Below, piece after piece: positions 49,645-62,460 of a DNA stretch of 64,000 bases. Where the stretch lies: positions 211,740-275,739 of the forward strand of contig NMRA01000560.1 of NCBI GenBank assembly GCA_002633005.1. Direction: 5' to 3'. The translations under genes and the position numbers were made by a program. Position 1 is the stretch's first letter; each line of letters begins with the position of its first letter. Under the pieces are notes generated by a model. That model was not told where the DNA came from and searched no databases. It saw only the letters and a list, made by a program, of their open reading frames with translations. The DNA is from Phoronis australis. Its lineage: Eukaryota; Animalia; Phoronida.

Positions 49645-52600
49645 TTAAAATTACCAGAGCAAACTTTTCCAACTTGCCGAATCTTCAGTAAAAGCAAAAT
49701 TTCACGTCTAATGGGAAGGCAACTTTAGTTGGACACTTGCTAGAGTTTGTTGTAGCTGTGGTTTCATTACCTAGTGTTTTACTCACACCGCTTAGGTGCA
49801 TTAGATAACAGTGTTGGTGTGGTATCATAAGTTAAGAAAGTCTCAGACAGCTAAAGTCCAACACTTGCCAGTGTTTTTGCTTGATGACCTTGGAATGTTG
49901 ATCATTTTTTTTCTTAAGGCAAACATCGTGTCTTATAGCACATTACGATAATGACCTGTGTGTAACGCGAAAAATGAAACATTCGGTCAGTGGAATTTTT
50001 TTTTTATCAATTGCGAAGGTTGGGAAAAGAGAAAATGTTTGGCTAATAATTTTTCAAAATGGATAGATGTTTTCACATGCTTTAGCCACTTTGGCTAATA
50101 CCTTATAAAAGTCTTGCACAAGACTAGCTACATCATATATGTAATAGCATATGATGTATGAGACCTATATACGTCCCTGTGCATGAAAATGAAATAGGTG
50201 TGGTTCCCGCTATATGCTGTATGCTTTTCTAGTGCTGCAAAAAGGCCTCACCTTCCATCACATTACACAAATAACACATTTACATCATTCCTAAAATCTA
50301 TTGGCATAATTAATACACGAACCTCCAGCCACTGGCACGACGTTTCGGTCGCTCTCTTCTCCAATGAACCATTTTCAGATGTAATAGAAGAATGGGCACG
50401 GGTATATGGTGGTCAATGAGAAGCATTTTTTCAAATTATCAGTCTAATACTCTAACCATTACACCACCGAGCCATGGTTACACTTATCTTCTTTAGATTT
50501 TAAATTAATGCTCCAAGATGCGTCATGCATGCTGAAAACCAGTCGCATGTTGCACACACTGCCACCTGGTTTCTACTGCAGTCGATAGGCAATACCGGCT
50601 GATTGCCCATGCCTACCACCCCGTACTTGTTTTGCCACCGTCAAAGGGAACAAGAAAACGAGAGATCCTGGCAGTCTACCATATTTACTTCATAGTTATG
50701 AAATTTTCAGAACTCTTTCAGCTGAAACATTTTGTCAAATATTTGATCAATATTATTAAAAGATAAACACTTTAATTTTTTAATTTTTCAATGGTAAATC
50801 GTATCTTTAAAACACTTGAAGCTGTTAATCGATACTTTCATGTTAGAAAAATGAAAAAAAAGAAAATAGGTGAACGTGTGCTTGTCATGATGCACACTTG
50901 TTCGTGTTCTAATATTCACTTTGGTAATCCTCAGTCACCAGGACGTACTGCCACCACTTTTGTTACTTCGACTTGATGTGACATTACGTTGAGCATGTGC
51001 ACTGAAGCTGCAGAACCATCGTTAATGGGTGAGTGAATGCACAAATATGGAATTTGAGGCATATTACCTATCCTATGATTAGGTTTTAGAATTTGTCTTT
51101 AATGGTTATGTCTTCACTAAAGTTGAACAAACATGAAGTTAAGCACCAATACCTGCAGTTACGAATTTGAAGTATATTTTTAACTGTTCCGTTAAGTTTA
51201 ATAAGTACTCGCCTGCTCGTCAAGCGGCTCATTAATAATTAAGCCACTGGCAAGGTCTGTGCAACGCCACCAGATTTTAAATTTAAAAATGTTTTGTTAC
51301 CACATCACCAACTCAAAGTAGTTTTAGGAAGATCCTTCTTCTTCTTCTTCCGGTTTCAACAAAACGATAGAAGAACCAATCCTGATATGATGGCACATGT
51401 TAGTGATAAATTTGAACTATATGCATAACTGTGAAAATAACAACAAAACAAAGTGCGGGTTAGTGCCAGGATAAAAACAAGTTTTATTATTTATAATTTA
51501 CTGAGTAAAATTGATTTTCGAGATGTGACTCGTGAACATCTCTACTGTTTCTAATGAAATGGTATGTTGTGAGAGTCTACTTGAGAGTAGATGGGAAGAA
51601 AGAAATTGTGTAGTATGCACTTTGAATGTATGTTGATCCCTCAAAGCTCAGCTTCGTCAAAGACAAAGGTATGAGACTGGGAATTAGGTGACCTAGAAAT
51701 ATGCACATACTACAAGGTACGACACTCGGGACAAGGAATTTCACAGGTGCTTCACTTCAGCCGTCCATATCAAACACAAAACTCAATAAATTTACACAAA
51801 ACAAAATTTGAACAAACACTAATTAGTAATCGTTCTTTCTTATAATACCATTCACGGTGTCCTGCTCCAGCGAGATCGCAAGAAATTCGCAGTCAAAACA
51901 CAAAAATGTTCCCAAAAAGCCCGTGCATCAGTCCTCCTTTGACGGTTTGAGGTAAAGGACGGTATCGCAATTGCTGATTTGTCACGGAGTGTCACGACAT
52001 CGATAACTCCACACTTAGCCAGACGTAACCTTCCGTGATAAATTCTGTGGGTGAAACCTCGGAAACCGCTTTTGGTATTGGCATGGACTGCCAGCCCACA
52101 ATCATGGTGAACCTCGGAGAGGTAAGCCTAGAAGTTATAGTCGATTCGGGAGCCGCCACCAATATNAGTCCAACACTTGCCAGTGTTTTTGCTTGATGAC
52201 CTTGGAATGTTGATCATTTTTTTTCTTAAGGCAAACATCGTGTCTTATAGCACATTATGATAATGACCTGTGCGTAACACGAAAAATGAAACATTCGGTC
52301 AGTGGAATTGTTTTTTTTTTATCAATTGCGAAGATTGGGAAAAGAGAAAATGTTTGGCTAATGATTTTTCAAAATGGATAGATGTTTTCACATGCTTTAG
52401 CCACTTTGGCTAATACCTTATAAAAGTCTTGCACGAGACTAGCTACATCATATTTGTAATAGTATATGATGTAGGAGACCTATATACGTCCCTGTGCATG
52501 AAAATGAAATAGGTGTGGTTCCCGCTATATGCTGTATGCTTTTGCTGCAAAAAGGCACCACCTTCCATCACATTACACTAATAGCACATTTACATCATTC

Positions 52601-52749
52601 CTAAAATCTATTGGAATATTTAATACACCAACCTCCAGCCACTGGCACCACGTTTCGGTCGCTCTCTTCTCCAATGAACCATTTTCAGATGTAACAGAAG
52701 AATGGGCACGGGTATATGGTGGTCAATGAGAAGCATTTTTTCTTTCTCT

Positions 52750-52812
52750 TGGAATTTAACTAGGAACCCTCAAATTATCAGTCTAGCACTCTAACCATTC
52801 CACCACCGAGCC
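52750..52812 (-). mobile_element. tRNA-derived SINE head or pseudo-tRNA (partial copy at ~50433-50473)
   Basis: Minus strand reads GGCTCGGTGGTGGAATGGTTAGAGTGCTAGACTGATAATTTGAGGGTTCCTAGTTAAATTCC; A box clear, B box degenerate. Confidence 0.45.
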
Positions 52813-53124
52813 ATGGTCACACTTAACTTCTTTAGATTTTAAATTAATGCTCCAAGATGCGTCATGCATGCTGAAAACCAGTCGCATGTTGCACACACTG
52901 CCACCTGGTTTCTACTGCAGTTGATAGGCAATACCGGCTGATTCCCCATGCTTACCACCCCGTACTTGTTTTGCCACCGTCAAAGGGAACAAGAAAACGA
53001 GAGATCCTGGCAGTCTACCATATTTACTTCATAGTTATGAACTTTTCAGAACTCTTTCAGCTGAAACATTTTGTCAAATATCTGATCAATATTATTAAAA
53101 GATAAACACTTTAATTTTTTAATT

Positions 53125-54563
53125 ACTTGGCGGAATTCTTCTGCCAAGTATGTTGGTCTGACAGCAAGTTGTTTTTTTGTTTTTTTTGTTTGTTCGCTCT
53201 CTACAGGTCGCAATTTTCGTCCGATTTTCACGAAATTTGCACACAACGTGTAGATCGGGAACTGCTAGAACGCTATTGTTTTTTGTTTTTGGTCATGATC
53301 GGATACAAAATGGCGGACGTGGCGGCCATTTTGTATCCAATTTCACAGTCAAATACTCGTAGAGGCCGCATTTTTCGACCTACATGGCTGAAAATCGGTA
53401 CGAATATACTACAACACATGTGCTACAATTGTGCAGAAAATCGTTGACTTCCGGTTAAAGATGGCGGAAATATTGGACGTGGCGCATGCGCACCCCGAAA
53501 TATGGCCAAAAACATTTTCTCCTGTAGAGGGCGTATTTGCAAACTAATTACTTTCAAACTGGTCACGTGTTTGTTGAGTTTAATACGCTTTTACAAAAAC
53601 TTCTTGAACCGGAAGTCACTTTCAAGATGGCAGCTGTGGGGCATGTTCACACGGTTTCAATCGCTCTGGTGCCGCATTTTTTATGGGAAGAGCAAATGAC
53701 GTGAATTTTTGCATGTGGATTCCTTGAAGTATGACCTTTCAAAAAGTCTGCCAGAGCGTATTTCTCAGACTTACCGTTTTCGAGTTATTTGACTTTGAAT
53801 TTCAAAAAAATGGCAAATTTTCAATTTTCTCGAAAATTTTTTGGATTTTTGCCAAACTACCACTTTAGATAGAGATTTGAACGGGCTTTCAGAAGATATT
53901 TTCCATTTTGCGCTACAATGTCTACTTTTTGAATTATTCGAGATTTTCGGATATCGTTGTTCCTTCGGTCACACGCAGCTGGCTGGCTTTCAGCTCACTT
54001 TGTTTTGGTTATGCCTAGTTGACCCAGACTGACCCAGCCAGCACTGTCCTACTGTAAAGCATGCCTCGTCCGTAATGTTGTATTGTTCTTTATTGTAGTT
54101 GATTGTATGCTCTATCAAAGTACGTAGAGTTGTGGACAGGCTTTCAGACGATATTTTCCATTTTGCGCTACAACGTCTACTTTTGAATTATTCGAGATTT
54201 TCGAATGCCGTTGTTCCTTCGGCCACCTATGAAAGACGCAACTGGCTGGCTTTCAGTTCACTTTATTTTGGTTATGCCTAGTTGACCCAGACTGACCCAG
54301 CCAGCACTGTCCTACTGCAGACTGGACCGTCATGTTGCGCCATCTATTGTTCTTTATTGTAGTTGATTGTATGCTCTCTATTTGATTTCTTCGCAAGTCA
54401 CATGAATGTTATCGTGTTTGCCAAACTACCACTTCAGATAAAGTTTTGAATGGGCTTTCATTCTTTATTGTAGTTGATTGTATGCTCTCTCTCACATGAA
54501 TGATATCGTGTTCGTCGTCTTTTCGATTAATTCCGCCAAGTGTCGCTCCTCCGAGCGCTCTCG
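53125..54563 (+). mobile_element. Family B Helentron-associated element inserted in a T-run
   Basis: 5' ACTTGGCGGAATTCTTCTGCCAAGT palindrome; 3' AATTCCGCCAAGT subTIR plus CGCTCCTCCGAGCG hairpin. Absent from the duplicate at ~50781-50790. Confidence 0.85.
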
Positions 54564-55659
54564 TTTTTCAATGGTAAATCGTATCTTTAAAACACTTGAA
54601 GCTGTTAATCGATACTTTCATGTTAGAAAAATGAAAAAAAAAGAAAATAGGTGAACGTGTGCTTGTCATGATGCACACTTGTTCGTGTTCTAACATTCAC
54701 TTTGGTAATCCTCAGTCACCAGGACGTACTGCCACCACTTTTGTTACTTCGACTTGATGTGACATTACGTTGAGCATGTGCACTGAAGCTGCAGAACCAT
54801 CGTTAATGGGTGAGTGAATGCACAACTAAGGAATTTGAGGCACATTACCTATCCTATGATTAGGTTTTAGAATTCGTCTTTAATGGTTATGTCTTCACTA
54901 AAGTTGAACAAACATGAAGTTAAGCACCAATACCTGCAGTTACGAATTTGAAGTATATTTTTAACTGTTCCGTTAAGTTTAATAAGTACTCGCCTGCTCG
55001 TCAAGCGGCTCATTAATAATTAAGCCACTGGCAAGGTCTGTGCAACGCCACCAGATTTTAAATTTAAAAATGTTTTGTTACCACATCACCAACTCAAAGT
55101 AGTTTTTGGAAGATCCTTCTTCTTCTTCTTCTTCCGGTTTCAACAAAACGATAGAAGAACCAATCCTGATATGATGGCACATGTTAGTGATAAATTTGAA
55201 CTATATGCATAACTGTGAAAATAACAACAAAACAAAGTGCGGGTTAGTGCCAGGATAAAACAAGTTTTATTATTTATAATTTACTGAGTAAAATTGATTT
55301 TCGAGATGTGACTCGTGAACATCTCTACTGTTTCTAATGAAATGGTATGTTGTGAGAGTCTACTTGAGAGTAGATGGGAAGAAAGAAATTGTGTAGTATG
55401 CACTTTGAATGTATGTTGATCCCTCAAAGCTCAGCTTCGTCAAAGACAAAGGTATGAGACTGGGAATTAGGTGATCTAGAAATATGCACATACTACAAGG
55501 TATGACACTCGGGACAAGGAATTTCACGGGTGCTTTACTTCAGCTGTCCATATCAAACACAAAACTCAATAAATTTACGCAAAACAGAATTTGAACAAAC
55601 ACTAATTAGTAATTGTTCTTTCTTCTAATACCATTCATGGTGTCCTGCTCCAGCGAGAT

Positions 55660-56279
55660 CGCAAGAAATTCGCAGTCAAAACACAAAAATGTTCCCAAAA
55701 AGCCCGTGCATCAGTCCTCCTTTGACGGTTTGAGGTAAAGGACGGTACCGCAATTGCCGATTTGTCACGGAGTGTCACGACATCGATAACTCCACACTTA
55801 GCCAGACGATTTCGTAACCTTCCGTGATAAATTCTGTGGGTGAAACCTCGGAAACCGCTTTTGGTATTGGCACGGACTCCCAGCCCACAATCATGGTGAA
55901 CCTCGGAGGGGTAAGCCTAGAAGTTATAGTCGATTCGGGAGCTGCCACCAATATTATGGACGAGAAAACCTGCAACATGTTGAAGAACAAGGGCATAAAA
56001 ACGCTGACAAAGCCAGTTAAATCTGCAAAACGGTTATGTGCGTACGCGTCGAAAAAACCCTTGGACATAACAGGACAGTTCCGCTGTTTTATTTCAGCTG
56101 GAAATAATTCAGCACAACGTGAATTTCTCGTTATTCGTGGAGAAGATATTCCTCTTCTTGGACGCAAGACAGCCACGGAATTGCGCATACTACAGCTTGG
56201 CATAAACCAGGTAAGTGAGATCAACTTGGAATCGCTACAGCAGAATATGCAAAAGTATTTACTGGAATTGGCCTGTTGA
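55660..56279 (+). pseudogene. Ty3/Gypsy gag-pol remnant (aspartic protease)
   Basis: LEVIVDSGAATNIM active-site motif, AYASKKPLDITGQF, PLLGRKTATELRIL. Partial duplicate at ~51880-52166. Confidence 0.8.
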
Positions 56280-57887
56280 ACATAACGTGGAATTGTTGTG
56301 AGGACTCAGCTGGGACCTCAGGGGTCTCGCGCTCCACCAGCTTATCTACACTAATTTGAAAAGACTTTGTCCAGTCACGCGTTGTGGGTCATAAATCGAG
56401 ATGATACCAACCGCTGACGCGACAAGCAGAACTACTTTCATTTATTTCAATGGTGCACTAACAGGAGAAATTGAGAATAAAACTTTTAAACACTATCCGA
56501 TCGTCAACTTATTTCGGAAGACTTAAATCTCAATGTAGTTTGCGCAACGACGATGCGCGATTTTTAGAGGTGTCTTCACGATGATCAACGTTAAAAACGG
56601 AGAGCAAATAAGTGCGTAGCTTTGCGAGAAAATGACAACCTTGCCGAAACTGAATAACAGAAACCCTTGAAAATCATTATAAGCGAGAAAGAGAAAACAA
56701 ATATTTTCTGACGTTTAGGCTCAATAACTTTGAATAAACGAAACATCGCAAATATGTTCATTTTCTCTTGCGCGCTCATAATCAGATTCCTATAACTATT
56801 ATGGCTAAAAACCCAAAATGGAAACATCTACACTAAAATCGTGATGGTATCTTACTTTGCCAGCGACCATACACGGTATGAAAATGAATGAAAAAATGAA
56901 TTAGACGAAACTTGAATTGATGGAATTCTCGTCATGGAACGCATAAATATCGCCATCATCTTCATGGCAAAATTGCTAACTACAACTCGAGGGGGAGGGC
57001 ACAAACCTTAAAATCCTGGTACACGTTTTCGTTAACGAATTTCAAAAATAGACCGTGGTGGGGTGTTTGAAGGAGCCAAAATCCATCCAAGTCAAAGTGG
57101 CCATAACAGAGCGATATGGAGATTTAAAATGATGTGATTTATGCATTTGTTTCAGTTGCTGTGTACCTAAATTAACAGGCACAGAAAAAATTACCAGCAG
57201 TGCAATTTTCTGAAACATACCTCAGCGAAATTGTCTAAGAAAAAAGCGCCACTTATCACCTAAAACGGACAAAAACAATCAAAGCATGCAACGCGTAGTT
57301 TGCCTGAAAACGTAACTTTCAGTTGCTTTTTGTGGTTACATGTGTACCCATATTTTTGGTCATGGCCCCCTACAATGGGCTACTACTTTAAATGTCTGGT
57401 ATATATTGTTAATGTCCAAATTTAAGTGCCTCACCGGTTCACTGGGTTTCATGTTTTGTAATTCAAAATGATTGCATACACGAGCACTGCGTCCACAAAG
57501 AGTAAGAAAACAAAACAAAAACCCAGCAGCATACAATCACCTCGCTCTGACAATGCTTTGTGTGCATTCACCACAACAAGTAGGTGACTCTTCAGGTTAG
57601 TGCTTTCCTAATGAAAATAACAGTAAGATTTCTAAATAATGTAATATATATTGTACATGAGAATTTCAAATGTTAAAATGACTAGTTGTTCACACTATGG
57701 GAAAGTAATAACAGACAAAGGCACTAGCAATACTAAACTCATCAGTATAAATATTACACTTCACATAGGCGGATTTAGGGGGGGCCCGCCCCCCCCCTTG
57801 GCTGCCGCAAAAAAATAAAACAGTAAGAGCGTAGGGAAATGTTGAGTTTATTAATTAACCCCGTTAATTAAATTTATACGGATGAAA

Positions 57888-58303
57888 NNNNNNNNNNNNN
57901 NNNNNNNNNNNNNNNNNNNNNNNNNNNNNNNNNNNNNNNNNNNNNNNNNNNNNNNNNNNNNNNNNNNNNNNNNNNNNNNNNNNNNNNNNNNNNNNNNNNN
58001 NNNNNNNNNNNNNNNNNNNNNNNNNNNNNNNNNNNNNNNNNNNNNNNNNNNNNNNNNNNNNNNNNNNNNNNNNNNNNNNNNNNNNNNNNNNNNNNNNNNN
58101 NNNNNNNNNNNNNNNNNNNNNNNNNNNNNNNNNNNNNNNNNNNNNNNNNNNNNNNNNNNNNNNNNNNNNNNNNNNNNNNNNNNNNNNNNNNNNNNNNNNN
58201 NNNNNNNNNNNNNNNNNNNNNNNNNNNNNNNNNNNNNNNNNNNNNNNNNNNNNNNNNNNNNNNNNNNNNNNNNNNNNNNNNNNNNNNNNNNNNNNNNNNN
58301 NNN
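57888..58303. other. Assembly gap
   Basis: Run of N. Confidence 1.
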
Positions 58304-60019
58304 TGAATCACTCAGAAACTCGCAATACTCTCTTTGTCAAACCTTATCTTAAGACGATTTCCAAAGCAATCCCGTCATTATTGCCAACACGAAAAACGGA
58401 TTTGGTCTTTTGGGCATTTGAAGACTATTTTAAATACGACAAATTTGTTAAGAATTGATGGCACAAAATACAAAACGTGTAATAAGCATTACAAAAAGAA
58501 GTAGGTTTCGCGCGCAAACGCTGTGGACCATAAACAAGTAGGTCTCTTAGTCTGATATTAACAGTTAAATCGTGGTGGTGTAGTGGTAACGCCGCGCGCT
58601 CTACCCTCCAAGTCGTTGCAGTTTTTCATGTTTGACACGTTCTCCATTTTTTTGCCTTTTTTTCTTGGATAATACTTCAAGAATCAAGGAAAATGCTTGA
58701 TTTTTAGAGGTAAAAACAGAAACCCCCCTCCTGACCTCCTCCTATTCGGTGCTATGCGCATCTACAATCGTGGTTCAGTTTGCGCAAATGCTTACAGCTG
58801 GACAAAATGTTGGGCCCCCCCCCTTGTGATATTCTAGATCCGCCACTGCTTCATAGTTTGAGCAAAACAAATGCACAAAATACTGTTGAGATGACCTACC
58901 GACATCTTTGAAACTAACAATTATAAACTCTGCAATATAAACAATACACTTCATACAATGAACATGTAACAAATATATACACACAAATAGTGTTACGTGT
59001 AATCCCTGATGAGATCACCCATGAGAATGAATCCTTCAATGTAAATAATAACTCACAGGGTGAGCAAAAGATTTAAAGTGGGACTTAACCACAACATAAA
59101 TCTAGGAACCTTCAAAATTTGTGACATACCAGTACAAGGTTCAACAACATAACAAAACACCATAAGTGATATAGCTGCTGAGATCACTACCTTCACAAGG
59201 AAAAGTTAACAATATAAAGATATATGTAACATGAGCTTGAGCAAACTACCCCTACGTGCACAACACTGCCATTCTTGGTGGAACCAGTCACTGAAACCGC
59301 AATAAATTGCACACCTCACAAGATGAAAATAATATGTACACAAGAATTTGCTTTTAAAGATCAACCACGTGGAAATGACAGGGACATTGCAGAAGCTAGT
59401 AAAAATCTGCATTTCAGCATCAAAAACACGATCACTTTTAAAACCACACCAGGAGTCCCTCTGCCTGAATAAAAAATACTGCAAAAGACAATATAAGACA
59501 ATATATATAATACACTTTAAGGGATGCAAACAATAAGTACCCAACACTGAAAAGATCAGTCATCCAAGGCAATAAACTAGTAACAACAATAACTGACATA
59601 TGTCGCAATAAATACACCCCTAGTTTTTTAAGAGCAAAACTATCATTTCAAGCTCAACAATGAGGAAACAACACAAGCAGTTTATACATTTCTAAAACCA
59701 CACAGGCAATACTGATGTGGTACATGAATGAGGTGCATATCTGGAGAAAAAGTAAAATATTCTCCCTAGTTGTGAATGTCCTAACTGCATGAAGCATTCA
59801 GGTCATTCATTGAATACAAGGCACACATCATACTATGTATTCAAATACACATGAGCAGGACATTCTCACCTACCACAATGGTCAACAAAGCTGCATGCAG
59901 AATACTGCGCTGGCATCTCAGAGCATTTGATATACACAGAACATTCGGAATGGTGAGTGGAGGGCACACTAATAAATGCTCTGGTGGGGTCATTGAATCC
60001 AGTAAGGTGATAAGCTGTT

Positions 60020-62460
60020 AAGAGCAACGCGGAGCGTTGAAATGCGCCCACAATTGCACCGCATACGGTATCCTTCTAGGGTAGTTTATTGGTACCATAA
60101 AGTGGCCAGTAGAGGGCATACTTTGCAAAATGGAAAGGCATGGTCCTTGTCTCCTCAATAGGCTAGGGGCAAAATGTGAGTAATCTTCATAATACAAGCA
60201 CATCCTATACACCAGTTGCTTAAAGCACCACAGAAACATAGAATTAAAAACAAATTTACCAACATACGAGATTAGCACAGCATTAGAATGCCAGAAACAA
60301 ATTTCTACTTGGAACTTTTCCTTCACAGTCACGAAGTAACACAAAGTATACACCTGAAGACCTATGAAAATACAGAGGTCAATGTAAAATACTAAAATTG
60401 CCACTAGAGGCAAATACTAAAATTGCCACTAGAGGCATACCGGTAATCAGAATCATCCTAAAGTCGTCATCGTCCGTTGTCAACATCACATAAATACACT
60501 TGCTAAATTTAGTAAAGATCCTGCAAACGGTTTGGGAGATACAGCCATGGGCGCAAAAAAACAAAACTGCCACTAGGAGGCGCCACAGTAGTCCAAATCG
60601 TCTGAAAATCATTGTCAGCTGTCTTCCTTATAGTAAGCACATACACGCCAATTTTCACAATCATCCTTTGAGCGGTTTGGTTGATAGAGGGGTGGACGCA
60701 AAAATACAGACTCGAAAACAGTAAAAATGGCCACTAGGTGGCGCAAACTACGTCGAATCCATCTGAAAACAGTAGGATAGCGTCATCTCACTAATAGGTG
60801 CCTACATACCAAATTTCATGAAAATCCGTTCAATACTTTTGAAGATACAAAGGTAAGCGTAAAAAACTAAAATTGCCACTAGGGGGCACACCGGTAGTCG
60901 GATCCGACCAAAAGTCGTCATCTTCCGTTGTTAACATCATATAAATATACTTACACAATTTGTAAAGATCCTGCGAACGGTTTAGGAGATACAGCCATAG
61001 GCGCAAAAAAACAAAACTGCCACTAGGAGGCGCCACAGTAGTCGAAATCGTCGGAAAATCATCGTCAACCGTCCTCTACATAGTAAGCATATACATGCCA
61101 ATTTTCACAATCATCCTTTGAGCGGTTTGGTTGATAGAGGGGTGGACGCACAAAAACAGACTCGAAAACACTAAAAATGGCCACTAGGTGGCGCAAACTA
61201 TGTCGAATCCATCTGAAAACGGGAGGATAGCGTCATCTCACTAATAGGTGCCTACATACCAAATTTCATGAAAATCCAATAAGGACTTGTGAAGATACAA
61301 AGGTAAGCGTAAAAAAATTAAAATTGCCACTAGGGGGCACACCGGTAGTCGGATCCGTCCAAAAGTCGTCATCTTCCGTTGTTAACATCATATAAATATA
61401 CTTACACAATTTCGTAAAGATCCTGCGAACGGTTTAGGAGATACAGCCATAGGCGCAAAAAAACAAAACTGCCACTAGGAGGCGCCACAGTAGTCGAAAT
61501 CGTCGGAAAATCATCGTCAACCGTCCTCTACATAGTAAGCATATACATGCCAATTTTCACAATCATCCTTTGAGCGGTTTGGTTGATAGAGGGGTGGACG
61601 CACAAAAACAGACTCGAAAACACTAAAAATGGCCACTAGGTGGCGCAAACTATGTCGAATCCATCTGAAAACGGGAGGATAGCGTCATCTCACTAATAGG
61701 TGCCTACATACCAAATTTCATGAAAATCCAATAAGGACTTGTGAAGATACAAAGGTAAGCGTAAAAAAATTAAAATTGCCACTAGGGGGCACACCGGTAG
61801 TCGGATCCGTCCAAAAGTCGTCATCTTCCGTTGTTAACATGATATAAATATACTTACACAGTTTCGTAAAGATCCTGCGAACGGTTTAGGAGATACAGCC
61901 ATAGGCCCAAAAAAAACAAAACTGCCACTAGGAGGCGCCACAGTAGTCGAAATCGTCGGAAAATCATCGTCAACCGTCCTCTACATAGTAAGCACATACA
62001 TGCCAATTTTCACAATCATCCTTTGAGCGGTTTGGTTGATAGAGGGGTGGAAGCACAAAAACAGACTCGAAAACAGTAAAAATGGCCACTAGGTGGCGCA
62101 AACTATGTCGAATCCATCCGAAAACGGCAGGATAGCGTCATCTCACTACTAGGTGCCTACATACCAAATTTCATGAAAATCCGTTCAGGACTTTTGAAGA
62201 TACAAAGGTAAGCGTAAAAAACTAAAATTGCCACTAGGGGGCACACCGGTAGTCGGATCCGTCCGAAAGTTCGCACATGCCGTCCCATTCATGAATGGAA
62301 CATATGTGCCAAATTTCATGAACGTATGTCAAAGGGTTTTGGAGATAGAGCCGCGGACGCCGGACGCCAGACGCCGGACGGACGCCGCCCGGACGGACAG
62401 ACGGACGGACAGAGATGACGGCATAATGCGTCCACATATAAATATGTGGGCGCATAAAAA
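60020..62460 (-). mobile_element. Full-length family A Helentron-associated element with an internal ~451-bp tandem array
   Basis: On the minus strand: TTTT-ATGCGCCCACAT..ATGTGGACGCAT palindrome, (GTCC/GTCT)n, ~4 units with AATTGCCACTAG at 60421, 60871, 61322, 61774 and 62226, then the 3' subTIR GTGGGCGCAT and hairpin CAACGCTCCGCGTTG. Confidence 0.85.

Noticed and set aside
57874-58352. Long ORFs in the ORF track
   Set aside because: They consist of translated Ns from the gap. Most other short ORFs lie in non-coding repeats and show no motifs.
60400-62260. CRISPR-like repeat-spacer array
   Set aside because: The sequence between recurring motifs is itself repeated rather than unique, there are no cas genes, and the context is eukaryotic.
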